A stretch of 64,000 bases of DNA from contig CADCUK010000162.1 of NCBI GenBank assembly GCA_902805865.1, positions 8,508 through 72,507 on the forward strand. Reading direction: 5' to 3'. Every line of letters begins with the position of its first letter. Position 1 is the first letter of the stretch. Position numbers and translations under genes: made by a program. The notes beneath the pieces are model-generated. The model was not told the DNA's origin. It worked only from the letters and a program-made list of their open reading frames with translations, and made no database searches. Shown here piece after piece: positions 9,550 through 19,603 of the stretch. This DNA is from an uncultured Nocardioidaceae bacterium. Lineage in GTDB: Bacteria; Actinomycetota; Actinomycetes; Propionibacteriales; Nocardioidaceae.

Positions 9550-10805
9550 CAAGACAGCACCGCGACGGCGTGGATGATCAGCCCGACGAGCCCACCCACG
9601 ATCGTGCCGTTGATCCGGATGAACTGCAGGTCCTTGCCGACCTGCAGCTCGATCTTCCGCGAGGCCTCCTTGCCGTCCCACTGGTCGATCGTGTGGGTGA
9701 TGACCGAGGTCAGCTCGCTGCCGTAGCGGTTGATGAGGAAGACGCTCAGGGAGGCGACCCGCTCGTCGATCCGGGTGCGCATCGCCGGGTCGGACTGGAG
9801 CCGCTCGCCGAAGGTGATGACCTCGGCCACGGCCCGCTTCACGAGCTCGCCGTCGGTCTCCTGGAGCGCTTCGATGGTCGCGCGGCGCAGCGCGTTCCAC
9901 AGCGAGATGAAGGTCGCCGACACCTGGGGGTGGCCGAGGAACCGCTCCTTGAACCGCTCCATCCGGTCGATGGTGTCGGGGTCGTGCAGCAGCCCGTCGG
10001 CCAGCTCCTTGAGCAGCTTGTCGAGCGCGAGACGGGAGCGGTGGTACGGCTCGCGGCGGATGTCCTCCAGCCACACGACGATCTCGGCGTGCAGCCGGTG
10101 GATGACGCGCTCGTTGAGGGCCTCCGGCGCCCACCACGGCGCCCGCTCGGCGACCACGTCGTAGAACGTGGCCTCGTTGCCGGTCAGCCAGCGGTGCGCC
10201 TCGTCGATCAGCATGTCGACGAAGTTGGCGTGCGCCCCGTCCTCGACGATCTCGTGGAGCAGGCTGCCGGCGAGCGGGCTGATCGGCTCCTCCAGGAACC
10301 GCGGCACGAGCGCGGTGTTGATGAGGTCGGCGACGTCCTCGTCGCGGATCCGCTCCAACCCCATCCGCAGCAGCTCGGAGGCCTCCACGACGAGGCGGCG
10401 GGCGTTCTCCTCGCGGGCCAGCCAGTCGCCGGCCTTGCAGGCGGGCTCCGCCCCCAGGACGCGGGTCCGGATGACGTCCTCCTGGAGGAAGTTCTCGTTG
10501 ACGAACTCCTCGAGCCCGCGACCGAACATCTCCTTGCGCTTCGGCACCAGCGCCGTGTGCGGGACCGGGATCCCCAGCGGGTGCTTGAACAGCGCGACGA
10601 CCGCGAACCAGTCGGCGATCGCACCGACCATCGACGCCTCCGCGCCGGCGTTGACGAACCCGAGGAACCCGTCCTGGTCCAGGGTCAGCAGGTAGACGGT
10701 CGCGGCGAGCAGCAGCAGCCCGACGGCCAGCGACCGCATCCGGCGCAGAGCCTTCCGTCGCTCGGCGTCGAGGGCCGGCTCGGGGGTCATCATCGGGAGG
10801 GACAT
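9549..10805 (-). CDS. DUF445 family membrane-anchored protein
   Basis: AEASMVGAIADWFAVVALFKHPLG.PHTA at the N-terminus and ELQVGKDLQFIRINGTIVGG at the C-terminus. Confidence 0.9.
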   Translation of the reverse strand: MSLPMMTPEPALDAERRKALRRMRSLAVGLLLLAATVYLLTLDQDGFLGFVNAGAEASMVGAIADWFAVVALFKHPLGIPVPHTALVPKRKEMFGRGLEEFVNENFLQEDVIRTRVLGAEPACKAGDWLAREENARRLVVEASELLRMGLERIRDEDVADLINTALVPRFLEEPISPLAGSLLHEIVEDGAHANFVDMLIDEAHRWLTGNEATFYDVVAERAPWWAPEALNERVIHRLHAEIVVWLEDIRREPYHRSRLALDKLLKELADGLLHDPDTIDRMERFKERFLGHPQVSATFISLWNALRRATIEALQETDGELVKRAVAEVITFGERLQSDPAMRTRIDERVASLSVFLINRYGSELTSVITHTIDQWDGKEASRKIELQVGKDLQFIRINGTIVGGLVGLIIHAVAVLS

Positions 10806-10846
10806 CGCGGGTGAACCTACCCGGCCCCGCTCGGCATGACGCCCGG

Positions 10847-11914
10847 TCACGATGGGGGCTTCGTCACGGTCTCGTCTCCCACCAGCAGGGTCGGCGTGAC
10901 CCCTGGTACGACGGAGACCGCGACCCGCGTGCCCACCGGGTGACGCACCGAGTGGGGCTGCCAGGACTGGATGACCCGGTCGGACGGCAGCCGGACGCTG
11001 TGCAGCACGAACGCGCCGTGGTACTCCACCGCAGCCACGACGCCGATCCCGTCGTCGCTCGCGGTGAGCGCCACCTCGTGCGGTCTGAGCACCACGTCGA
11101 CGTCCACGTCGACGTGGCCCCATCCGGGGACCGTCGACACCACGCCGATCTCACAGGTGAGCAGGGCGTCGTGGACGTGCGCGGGGAGGAAGGCGGCGTC
11201 GCCCATGAACGACGCGACGAACCTGGTGGACGGCCGCTCGAAGACCGACACCGGGGTGTCCGCCTGCTCGATGCGCCCCCGGTGCATGACCACCACCCGG
11301 TCACCGACCGACAGCGCCTCGGTCTGGTCGTGCGTGACGAGCATGGCGGTCGTCCCGGTGGCCCGGATCACCGCGATCGTGTCCGCGCGCACCTGCGCCC
11401 GCAGGGTCTCGTCGAGGCTGCTGAACGGCTCGTCGAGGAGCACCACGGCGGGCCGCGGTGCCAGGGCACGCGCCAGCGCGACCCGCTGCTGCTCACCGCC
11501 CGAGAGCTCGTGGGGGTAACGCCCGGCGAGCTCGCCGAGTCGCGCGATCGCCAGCACCTCGTCGACCCTGGCCCGCCGCTCGGCCCTGGGCAGCCGGTCG
11601 AGCCCGAAGGCGATGTTGCGGGTCACGTCGAGGTGCGGGAAGAGCGCGTGGTCCTGGAAGACCAGCCCGACCCGCCGCCGCTCCGGCTGCACCCAGGACC
11701 GCGGTCCCGCGACCTCCTCGTCCTCGATCCGGATCGTGCCTGCGTCAGGTCGGTCCAGGCCGGCGACCAGCCGGAGCAGCGTGGACTTCCCGCATCCCGA
11801 GGGGCCGATGACGGTGACGAGCTCGCCGGGCTCGGCGGTCAGCGCGAGCTCGCGGGCCGCAGCCACCTTGCCGTACGACTTCGACACTCCCTCGATGCCG
11901 AGGATCGCGTTCAC
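10847..11914 (-). CDS. Fe3+ ABC transporter ATP-binding protein (FbpC-like)
   Basis: GPSGCGKST, LSGGEQQR, LLDEP, TOBE-like tail; GTGA overlap with the permease. Confidence 0.9.
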   Translation of the reverse strand: MNAILGIEGVSKSYGKVAAARELALTAEPGELVTVIGPSGCGKSTLLRLVAGLDRPDAGTIRIEDEEVAGPRSWVQPERRRVGLVFQDHALFPHLDVTRNIAFGLDRLPRAERRARVDEVLAIARLGELAGRYPHELSGGEQQRVALARALAPRPAVVLLDEPFSSLDETLRAQVRADTIAVIRATGTTAMLVTHDQTEALSVGDRVVVMHRGRIEQADTPVSVFERPSTRFVASFMGDAAFLPAHVHDALLTCEIGVVSTVPGWGHVDVDVDVVLRPHEVALTASDDGIGVVAAVEYHGAFVLHSVRLPSDRVIQSWQPHSVRHPVGTRVAVSVVPGVTPTLLVGDETVTKPPS

Positions 11915-13554
11915 GCCGTGCCCCCGGGGTGCCGGTCGATCAGCCGCTCCTGCCGGAACAGCAGGTACACCGGCACGACCGCCGTCGCCACGATCACCAG
12001 TGCGGGCAGGGCGGCCTTCTCCCAGTAGTTCTCCTTGGCCAGCTCGTAGACCCACACCGACACGGTACTGAAGCCGAACGGCCGCAGCAGGAGCACCAGC
12101 GGCAGCTCCTTGATGGCGTCCACGAGCACCAGCACGAACGCCACGAACACCCCCGAGCGCGCGAGCGGGAGGTGCACGCGGGTGAGGATCCGCATCGGGG
12201 AGGCACCCAGGCTCAGCGCCGAGAGCGTCGTGGTCGTGTTGACCTTGGTCAGGCTGGCGTCCACCGCCTGGTACGCCGGAGCCATGAACCGGATCAGGTA
12301 GGCGTACAGGATCCCTGCGACGGACCCGGTGACGAGCAGCCCGGTGCCGCCCTCCACGCCCGCCGCCCGGACCAGCTCGTCGAGGTCCGCGAATGCCAGC
12401 AGGACACCGATGCCCACCACGGCACCCGGCACCGCATAGCCGAACGTCGTGACCTGTGCGGCTGCCCGGGGCAGCCGGCCGCCGGTCATCCGCAGGGCGT
12501 GCGCGACGACCAGCGAGACCGCGACGCAGGCGAGAGCGGTCACGAGTGCCACGGTCAGGCTGTTCGCGAGGTACTCGGCGAACCGGTAGTCCACGACGCC
12601 GTCGGCGTCGCGGCGTGCCTCCTCGATCGCCCAGCCGGTGAGCCGCAGCACCGGCAGCAGGAAGCCGACGCCCAGCGCCAGGAGGCAGACCAGCGTGGCG
12701 GCCCAGCCGCGCGCGCCGGTCAGGTGCACCGGCTCCGGACCGCTGCCGCGGCCGCCGCGCTGCGTGTACCGGGCGCGTCCGCGCAGCAGCCGCTCCCCCG
12801 CGAGCACCGCGACCGCGAAGAGCAGCACGAGCACCGACAGCTGGCTGGCCGACTCGAAGTCGTAGGAGCCCCGCCACTGCTTGTAGACCCCGACCGACAC
12901 GGTCTCGACGCCGAAGTACTGCACGGTCGCGAAGTCGGTCAGCACCTCCATCATCACCAGCGCCAGCCCCGCCGCCAGGGACGGCCGGGCGAGCGGCAGC
13001 ACGACGGCGTACAACGCACGGCTGCGGGACGCACCGAGCGTGCGTGCCGCGTCGTACGTCGTCGGCGACTGCTCGGCGAACGCGGCTCGCGCCATCAGGT
13101 AGACGTAGGGGAAGAGGGTCAGGGTCATGACCAGCGCCGCCCCCGGCAACGTGCGCACCGGCGGGAGCCAGCCGGCACCGAACGCGTCGCGCAGGAGCGT
13201 CTGGACCGGGCCGGCTTCGTCGAAGGTCGACAGGAAGACGAACCCCAGGATGTACGCCGGCATGGCCAGCGGCAGCACGAGCATCCACGTGAGGGCGTTG
13301 CGCAGCGGGAACCGTCCGACGGTCACCAGCCAGGCCAGCCCGCCGCCGACGACGAGCGTGCCGACGCCGACCGAGATCATCAGCAGCAGCGTCGTGACCA
13401 CCATCTCGGCGAGGTCCGCCGGCAACGTGACGGAGCCGGTGGAGCGGAGGCCGTCCACGACGACGGCGACGACCGGCGCCGCGATGACCGCGGCGACCAG
13501 CAGGACGAGCCAGAGCCAGGCCGACCGTCCCGACCGGCCGGCGCGACCGATCAC
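11911..13554 (-). CDS. Fe3+ ABC transporter permease (FbpB/FutB-like)
   Basis: Duplicated permease, LPLAMPAYILG, AARTLGAS, LPLARPS; GTGA overlap with the binding protein. Confidence 0.9.
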   Translation of the reverse strand: MIGRAGRSGRSAWLWLVLLVAAVIAAPVVAVVVDGLRSTGSVTLPADLAEMVVTTLLLMISVGVGTLVVGGGLAWLVTVGRFPLRNALTWMLVLPLAMPAYILGFVFLSTFDEAGPVQTLLRDAFGAGWLPPVRTLPGAALVMTLTLFPYVYLMARAAFAEQSPTTYDAARTLGASRSRALYAVVLPLARPSLAAGLALVMMEVLTDFATVQYFGVETVSVGVYKQWRGSYDFESASQLSVLVLLFAVAVLAGERLLRGRARYTQRGGRGSGPEPVHLTGARGWAATLVCLLALGVGFLLPVLRLTGWAIEEARRDADGVVDYRFAEYLANSLTVALVTALACVAVSLVVAHALRMTGGRLPRAAAQVTTFGYAVPGAVVGIGVLLAFADLDELVRAAGVEGGTGLLVTGSVAGILYAYLIRFMAPAYQAVDASLTKVNTTTTLSALSLGASPMRILTRVHLPLARSGVFVAFVLVLVDAIKELPLVLLLRPFGFSTVSVWVYELAKENYWEKAALPALVIVATAVVPVYLLFRQERLIDRHPGGTA

Positions 13555-14573
13555 TCGTACCCGACTTCCTCCAGCAGGTCGATGGCGTCGGCGTTGAGCC
13601 GGCCGTAGGCCTCGGCGTCGATCGGCATGGGCTCGAAGGGACCGAAGGCCTCGATTGCCTCGTCGGGCTTCACGTCGGGGTTGACCGGGAACTCGTGGTT
13701 GTCGCCGACGAACGCGTCCTGGCCGTCGGTGGCGAGCCACTCGAGGAGCTGCTGGGCGTCTGCCTTGGCGTCCGAGGTCGTGACGACGCCTCCGCCCGAC
13801 AGGTTGAGCTGGACCCCGAGCCCGTCCTGGCTGGCCCAGAACAGCTCGACGTTCATGTCGGGCTTCTCCTCCAGCTCGCGGGCCAGGTAGTAGTGGTTGA
13901 CGATGGCGACGTCGCAGGTGCCGGCGTCGACGGCCTCGAGCAGCAGGATGTCGTTGCTCATGATGTCGACGTCGTTGTCGAGCCAGCTCTGCACGATGCG
14001 CTCGGCCTCGTCACGCCCGTAGCTCTCCATCAGCGCGGTGACCAGGCTCTGCGTGTAGGCCTCGGTGCTGTCGCGCATGCACAGGCGGCCCTGCCACTTC
14101 GGGTCCCCGAGACCGGCGTAGGTGTTCTCGGTGTCGAACTCGGAGGGGTCGACGTTGTCGGGGTTGTAGACGACGGTGCGGGCGCGCAGCGCCAGTCCGT
14201 ACCAGGAACCGTCGCTGTCGCGGTACTCCTCCGGCACCGCTCCCTCGAGGACCTCGCTCTCGACGGGGTCCAGCACGCCGGCCTGGTCCGCCGCCCAGAG
14301 GTTCCCGGCATCGACGGTGAAGAAGAGGTCGGCCGGCGAGCCCTCGCCCTCGGTCTCGAGCCGCTGCAGGAGCTCGGCGTCCTCGCCGAAGAGGAACTCG
14401 ACCTTCAGCCCGGTCTCCTCCTCGAACTCGCCGAAGGCGTTCTCGAGGTCGTAGTGCCGGGCTGAGTACACGTGGATGTCGGCGGGCTCCTCGTCCGACC
14501 CGCCGAAGATGCCGCAGCCGGCAGTGGCGGCGCTCAGCGCGAGCGTGCAGACGACGAGAGCGGGCGTGCGCAT
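13551..14573 (-). CDS. Fe3+ ABC transporter substrate-binding lipoprotein (FutA/FbpA-like)
   Basis: Lipobox ATAGC, YSARHY, TVDAGNL, VNHYYL Tyr pair; GGAGG RBS. Confidence 0.9.
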   Translation of the reverse strand: MRTPALVVCTLALSAATAGCGIFGGSDEEPADIHVYSARHYDLENAFGEFEEETGLKVEFLFGEDAELLQRLETEGEGSPADLFFTVDAGNLWAADQAGVLDPVESEVLEGAVPEEYRDSDGSWYGLALRARTVVYNPDNVDPSEFDTENTYAGLGDPKWQGRLCMRDSTEAYTQSLVTALMESYGRDEAERIVQSWLDNDVDIMSNDILLLEAVDAGTCDVAIVNHYYLARELEEKPDMNVELFWASQDGLGVQLNLSGGGVVTTSDAKADAQQLLEWLATDGQDAFVGDNHEFPVNPDVKPDEAIEAFGPFEPMPIDAEAYGRLNADAIDLLEEVGYE

Positions 14574-14629
14574 GTGACCTCCGGAGCGGCGACCACCGGG
14601 CAAGGGCCGTGGCGGCGTGTCGAACGAAC

Positions 14630-14648
14630 TAAGGGAAGCCTAACCAAT
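14630..14648. promoter_or_regulatory. IdeR/DtxR iron box
   Basis: TAAGGGAAGCCTAACCAAT matches TWAGGTWAGSCTWACCTWA at 16 of 19 positions, directly upstream of the iron ABC operon. Confidence 0.8.
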
Positions 14649-14716
14649 GCGCCTGGACGCGACGAACCCGGGCCGGGCCCCCAGGGCGGGCGGGGCCCGC
14701 ATGGAAGGATCGAGCC

Positions 14717-15112
14717 ATGACGACCGTGATCACCTTCGGCACCTTCGACGTCTTCCACGTGGGACACCTCCGGGTGATCCAGCGTGCCGCGTCGTTCGGC
14801 GACCGGCTCGTGGTCGGCGTCTCCGCCGACGAGCTCAACATGCGCAAGAAGGGCCGCCTGCCGGTCTTCTCCGAGGCCGAGCGGCTCGAGATCGTCAACG
14901 CGCTGAAGCCTGTGGACGAGGTGTTCGTCGAGGAGAGCCTCGAGCTCAAGCGCGAATACATCCTCCGGTACGACGCGCAGGTGCTCGTCATGGGCGACGA
15001 CTGGGCCGGCAAGTTCGACGACTTCGGCGACATCTGCACCGTGGAGTACCTCCCCCGCACCCCGGCGATCTCGACGACGGCACTGATCGAGAAGATCTCG
15101 TCCACCTCATGA
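14717..15112 (+). CDS. glycerol-3-phosphate cytidylyltransferase-like (TagD family)
   Basis: FGTFDVFHVGH (HxGH), MGDDWAGKFD, RTPAISTT. Confidence 0.88.
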   Translation: MTTVITFGTFDVFHVGHLRVIQRAASFGDRLVVGVSADELNMRKKGRLPVFSEAERLEIVNALKPVDEVFVEESLELKREYILRYDAQVLVMGDDWAGKFDDFGDICTVEYLPRTPAISTTALIEKISSTS

Positions 15113-15507
15113 GCGACCCGATGACCGGCCCGAAGAGCGACCCGATGACCGGCCCGACGACCGGCCCGGACCGGCCGACCCGGACCGCGAAGCCACGCAA
15201 GCACCTGATGACCCCGGGCCAGGTGCGGCCGCAACCTGCCCGGTCGATGAGCCTGAGCGCGGTCCAGAAGTGGGTGATGTCGACCCTGGCCGTCAGCACG
15301 CTGCTGCACATGGCGGTCGGGCTGGTCTTCGCCGCCTACTACGTCGACGAACGGAGCTCGAAGATCGGGCTGCTCGTGATCGCCGGCGCCTTCGGGCTGA
15401 TCTCGATGGCGTCCGGGCTGCTCATCCACCGCAAGTCGCTGGTGCACCCGATGATGCTGCTCGGGCTGCTGCCGCCGCTCGCCGGCGCGTGGTGGATCTT
15501 CGGCTGA
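15109..15507 (+). CDS. small hypothetical membrane protein
   Basis: ATGA overlap with the upstream gene; three TM helices after a repetitive N-terminus. Confidence 0.65.
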   Translation: MSDPMTGPKSDPMTGPTTGPDRPTRTAKPRKHLMTPGQVRPQPARSMSLSAVQKWVMSTLAVSTLLHMAVGLVFAAYYVDERSSKIGLLVIAGAFGLISMASGLLIHRKSLVHPMMLLGLLPPLAGAWWIFG

Positions 15508-15535
15508 CCCGTCAGTCGGGCGGTCAGTCGGGCCG

Positions 15536-16180
15536 TCAGTTGAGCAGCTTGGAGGCGAGCACCGCCGCCTGGGTGCGCCGCTCGAGGCCGAGCTTCGTCA
15601 GGATGCTCGTGACGTAGTTCTTGACGGTCTTCTCGGCCAGGAACAGCTGCTCGCCGATCTGCCGGTTCGTCAGCCCCTCGGCGACGAGCTCCAGGATGCG
15701 TCGTTCCTGGGGCGTGAGGGAACGGAGCTCGGCGGGCTCCGAGGCGCCGCCGTCGCGGAGCCTGTCGAGCACCCGCTGGGTCACGGCCGGGTCGAGGAGC
15801 GACTGGCCGTCGGCGACCTTGCGGACGACGTCGAGGAGGTCGTTTCCGACGATCTGCTTGAGCACGTAACCAGCAGCGCCGGCCATGATCGCGGCGAAGA
15901 GTGCCTCGTCGTCGTCGTACGAGGTGAGGATGATCGCGCGGATCGAGGGGTCGACCGAGCGGATCGCGCGGCACACGTCCACGCCGCTGCCGTCGGGAAG
16001 GCGACCGTCGAGCACGGCGACGTCGGGGCGCAGGGCCGGGATCCGTGCCTCCGCGTCCTTGGCGGAGCCGGACTCGCCGACGACCTCGAAGCCCTCCTCC
16101 GAGTCGAAGAGATCCTTCAACCCACGTCGAACGACCTCATGGTCATCAAGCAGGAACACCCGAATGACGCTCATGCCCAT
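15536..16180 (-). CDS. NarL/LuxR-family response regulator, DosR/DevR-like
   Basis: IRVFLLDDHEVVRRGL, VLDGRLPDG, AIMAGAAGYVLK, LFLAEKTVKNYV...LGLERRTQAAV. Confidence 0.9.
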   Translation of the reverse strand: MGMSVIRVFLLDDHEVVRRGLKDLFDSEEGFEVVGESGSAKDAEARIPALRPDVAVLDGRLPDGSGVDVCRAIRSVDPSIRAIILTSYDDDEALFAAIMAGAAGYVLKQIVGNDLLDVVRKVADGQSLLDPAVTQRVLDRLRDGGASEPAELRSLTPQERRILELVAEGLTNRQIGEQLFLAEKTVKNYVTSILTKLGLERRTQAAVLASKLLN

Positions 16181-16485
16181 CCTCTGTCTCTGTGCGGCCG
16201 TACCGCTGTACGTGTGGTCATGCTATCGGTAGCGGGCCCGGAATCAGCCGGAATCGCCCGTGCCGACAGACTTCGAGCCGGCCCATCGGACCGGCTCGGA
16301 ATCTAGTCCCTGGCGTGCGCTGGGAGGTTCGCACGCTGTCTCTCAGGTGACGTTGCCCTAGGGCGTCTGCAGTTGTGCTGGACCGTGGGAGAACGGTCCT
16401 CGCCGGGCCGTTCGAAGTCGGCCCTGCTCCGTCCATGATGCCGGGGAGACGGCGACTGCCGCACCGTGGCGTCCTTCCCCCGTTG

Positions 16486-16503
16486 CCGGGACCTAGGTCC
16501 CGG
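16486..16503. promoter_or_regulatory. DosR-type box upstream of the response regulator
   Basis: Perfect palindrome CCGGGACCTAGGTCCCGG with core GGGAC-N4-GTCCC; weaker copy CGGAATCTAGTCCC at 16297-16310. Confidence 0.55.
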
Positions 16504-16522
16504 ACCGGGCGTGTCGTAGGTG

Positions 16523-17149
16523 TCAGCCCGCGCGACCGACAGCAGGCAGCCCAGCCATCACCCGGATGACGTCGGAGAGCACCTGGACCCGCAGCTCAGG
16601 GTTGAGCGCGCGCTGCACGCCGAGGCCGATGCCGAGGCTGAGCAGCGCGCTGGCCAGGTCGTCCTCGTCCATCGGCAACGTCAGTCCGTGGCGGTCACAG
16701 GTCGTCCGCAGGGCACCGGCGATCATCGTGCGGATCCGCACGTTCCGCTCCTCCAGAGCGGTCCGCAGCTCGGGGTCACGCCGGCTCCGCGCCGCGAACT
16801 CCGCCTCGAGGGCCGACCAGTCCGGGTCGCCGAGCCGCGCCTCCGCCCACAGGTCGAAGGTCTCGAGGGCGGCGTCGAGGGTCCTGCCACCGGAGAACGA
16901 TCCGAGCACCGCGTCGGCGACGTCGCGGTGCAGGGTGTCGAGCACGGCGAGGCAGAGCGCGTCCTTGCCGTCGAAGTTCGAGTAGACCGCTCCCTTGGAG
17001 AACCCCGCCTCCTCGGCGACCTTCTCCAGCGACGTGGCGCTGTAGCCGTCGCGCAGGAACATGGTGCGGGCCGTCGCGACCAGGAGGTCCCGGGTGCGGG
17101 CCTGGCTCTCCGAGCGGGTCAGTCGTGTCACCCCGGCAGGGTAGGCCAT
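16523..17149 (-). CDS. TetR-family transcriptional regulator (start may be GTG 17131)
   Basis: GYSATSLEKVAEEAGFSKGAVYSNF HTH. Confidence 0.92.
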   Translation of the reverse strand: MAYPAGVTRLTRSESQARTRDLLVATARTMFLRDGYSATSLEKVAEEAGFSKGAVYSNFDGKDALCLAVLDTLHRDVADAVLGSFSGGRTLDAALETFDLWAEARLGDPDWSALEAEFAARSRRDPELRTALEERNVRIRTMIAGALRTTCDRHGLTLPMDEDDLASALLSLGIGLGVQRALNPELRVQVLSDVIRVMAGLPAVGRAG

Positions 17150-17161
17150 CGGCGTGCCACG

Positions 17162-17175
17162 GGTATCCGGATACC
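17162..17175. promoter_or_regulatory. probable TetR autoregulatory operator
   Basis: Perfect 14-bp palindrome GGTATCCGGATACC just upstream of the TetR gene. Confidence 0.5.
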
Positions 17176-17206
17176 TTCGCGAGAAGTAGGCCCTGCGGCC
17201 CGTGGC

Positions 17207-18463
17207 TCAGAAGTCCAGCAAGCACTCCACCCTGGTCGCCCAACGCGGGCTCGGCGGCAGCTCCCCCCGCTCCCGACCCAGGATGGCCGCGACCACGGCC
17301 GCACCGGTGGGCGGTGTGTCCGGCCACGGCGTGTAGCCGTCGGTGAACACCACCACGAGGTCGGGCCGCGGACGGAGCTCACCCGCAGCAGCCAGCCCGA
17401 CGCGCATGTCGGTGCCACCGCCGCCACCGAGCTGCGCGTCGCGGGCCCGGCGAACCCGCGCGACCGTGTGCACGGCGGCGTCGCAGGAGAGCACGGTCAC
17501 CCCCTCGCCCCGGATGCCCAGCGACCTCAGGGCGCCGTCCACCTCACCCATCGCGCGGCCGAGCAGACGGTCGTCCACCGAGCCCGACGTGTCGACGACC
17601 ATCGCCACCGAGGGCAACGGGCGGCGCATGCCCGGGAGGACCACGTTCGGGCTCGAGCCCTGTCGGCGCGACGGTCGCGTGTAGGTGTAGTCGGTGCGGC
17701 CGTTGACCCAGCCGACGGCACGGCGTACGGCACCGGAGAGCAGCGGCTCCCAGGCGATCCGGGGTTCGAGCAGCTGGTTCGCCCAGCGCAGCGCGTCGCC
17801 GGGCTCGGTGCCTCGGCTCGTGACGTGCGACCGGTAGTCCACGGCCACCCGCCGCCGGATCTGCTGCGCGTCGTCGGGGTCCACGGCGCCGACGTCCGCG
17901 TCGGGCGGGAGCTCGTGCTCGCGCGGGAGCCCGTCGCACCCGCTGCCGCACCCGGCGCCGGGCTGCTCGGCGGGCGAGCCGTCCGGCGACGGGGGCGGCA
18001 GCCGGGACAGCATCGCGTAGTACTCCTCCGCGCTGCGGTCGGCGGGCAGCTCCAGGTCACCTGCCTCGGGGAGCGACGCCGGGCGGAGCTGGTCGACGCC
18101 GAGCGTCGCAGCGACCGTGGCGTCGGCGGCCTGCGTCCACTGCTCCGAGGTCGACGAGTCCACGTGCATGTCGCGGGCCCGGGCCGCGTGCTCCTGCAGC
18201 AGGTGCCAGGTCTCGTGCGCGAGCTCGCGAGCGATCTCGGGCACCTCGGTCGCTACCAGCCAGTCCGGGTTGACGTACAGCCGCCAGTGCTCGTCCACGG
18301 CAAGCGCCCGCACCTCGGAGCAGCTCACCGGGACCAGCGCGAACAGCGCGTGGGCGAGGTACGGGAGTGCCCGCGGCACCTCGGCGTCGCCGGCGGGACC
18401 GGCCCCCGAGGGTGGGTCGCTGACCAGCCACAGCTTCGCGGCGGTGAGCCGCTCGAAGGACAC
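17207..18463 (-). CDS. putative metallopeptidase + vWA domain protein (DUF2201-like)
   Basis: N-terminal AVDEHWRLYVNP and HETWH (HExxH); C-terminal MIDAS VDTSGS, GGGGTD, VFTDG. Confidence 0.85.
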   Translation of the reverse strand: MSFERLTAAKLWLVSDPPSGAGPAGDAEVPRALPYLAHALFALVPVSCSEVRALAVDEHWRLYVNPDWLVATEVPEIARELAHETWHLLQEHAARARDMHVDSSTSEQWTQAADATVAATLGVDQLRPASLPEAGDLELPADRSAEEYYAMLSRLPPPSPDGSPAEQPGAGCGSGCDGLPREHELPPDADVGAVDPDDAQQIRRRVAVDYRSHVTSRGTEPGDALRWANQLLEPRIAWEPLLSGAVRRAVGWVNGRTDYTYTRPSRRQGSSPNVVLPGMRRPLPSVAMVVDTSGSVDDRLLGRAMGEVDGALRSLGIRGEGVTVLSCDAAVHTVARVRRARDAQLGGGGGTDMRVGLAAAGELRPRPDLVVVFTDGYTPWPDTPPTGAAVVAAILGRERGELPPSPRWATRVECLLDF

Positions 18464-18466
18464 GGG

Positions 18467-19603
18467 TCACGCGACCTTGCCGGGGAGCAGCCCGGCCAGG
18501 GCCAGCGCAGGCGCGAACACAGCCACCTCGGAGGGGATCGCCGCATCGGCAGGGCGCAGCCCGGGACGCATCAGCGCCCGCACCACCGGCACCGCCGGGT
18601 CGAGCCCGACGGCCTGCCCCGCGAACGCGCACAGCCGAACTGCGTTCGACCACCGCTCGGCGGTCGGCTGACGGGCGACCGCGGAGAGCACCGCCTGGAG
18701 CACCACGTAGACCCGGTCGGCGCGGAGCTTGTCGAACGAGCAGGCTGCCGGGTCGGCGAGGAGCTTCTCGGGGTCGGGGAGGTCCTGGGCGTCGACCCAG
18801 GCGAGGTACTCGTGGGCAGCGGCGTCACCGACGCAGCCGGCGACCAGCAGCCGGCGAACGGACTTGGGGGCTCCGACGTTGACCGCGAAGGCCGAGAGCT
18901 GGGCGGCGTAGTCCCAGGTGCGCGGGGTGGGAAACGCCCGGCCGCGGGCGGCGGCGTCCTTGGGGATCACGCTCATCTGGCTGCTGCGCGTCCGCAGGAA
19001 CCCGCTGACCATGACCTTCTCGGTGGCGACCGCTGCGGCGAGCCCCGGATCGGACCGGTCGTAGACCGGCATCGCCGGCCAGTCGCCGGTGACCATGCAC
19101 TCGGCGTAGACCTCGAGCGGCAGCACCCAGTCGACGTGCACGAACCGGGACGCGGTCGGGGCGGCGAGCTCCCAACCGGCCGCAGCGACGTCGGCGGGGT
19201 TCGCAGCCGCCACGAACGACACGCTCGGTGGCAGCGTCAGGGAGCCGACCTCGTAGTGGGTGAGCGGTCTCAGCGCCGCTGCCTGCAGTGCCGGCGAGGC
19301 CGTGCTGAACTCGTCGAAGAACGCGATCGACGGACCGTCGACCTCCGCCAGCCGCTTGGCCCACGCCGGTGGCGCCAGGTCGACGGCACCACCGGTCACC
19401 ACCGGGAGCCCGGCGAAGTCGCTGGGCTCGTAGTGACTCACGATCAAGGTCTCCACGTGCCAGCCGCCGTGGACCGCGGACTCGATCACTGCGGTCTTGC
19501 CGATCCCGGGGTCCCCCCACAGCAGCACGGGGATGCGCGCGCTCACGCAGATCCCCAGCGCCTGCAGACGGTGCTCGTAGTCGGTCCTCGTGTGGCTCGT
19601 CAT
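18467..19603 (-). CDS. MoxR-related AAA+ ATPase
   Basis: Walker A GDPGIGKT, Walker B FFDEF, sensor 1 AAANP, SRF Arg finger, sensor 2 PTPRTW; ATGA overlap with the upstream gene. Confidence 0.88.
   Translation of the reverse strand: MTSHTRTDYEHRLQALGICVSARIPVLLWGDPGIGKTAVIESAVHGGWHVETLIVSHYEPSDFAGLPVVTGGAVDLAPPAWAKRLAEVDGPSIAFFDEFSTASPALQAAALRPLTHYEVGSLTLPPSVSFVAAANPADVAAAGWELAAPTASRFVHVDWVLPLEVYAECMVTGDWPAMPVYDRSDPGLAAAVATEKVMVSGFLRTRSSQMSVIPKDAAARGRAFPTPRTWDYAAQLSAFAVNVGAPKSVRRLLVAGCVGDAAAHEYLAWVDAQDLPDPEKLLADPAACSFDKLRADRVYVVLQAVLSAVARQPTAERWSNAVRLCAFAGQAVGLDPAVPVVRALMRPGLRPADAAIPSEVAVFAPALALAGLLPGKVA

Noticed and set aside
16181-16522. Small ORFs or a structured RNA in the 340-bp spacer before the response regulator
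   Set aside because: The short ORFs lack recognisable domains and I could not recognise any riboswitch or ncRNA motif; an Rfam scan would be needed to exclude one.
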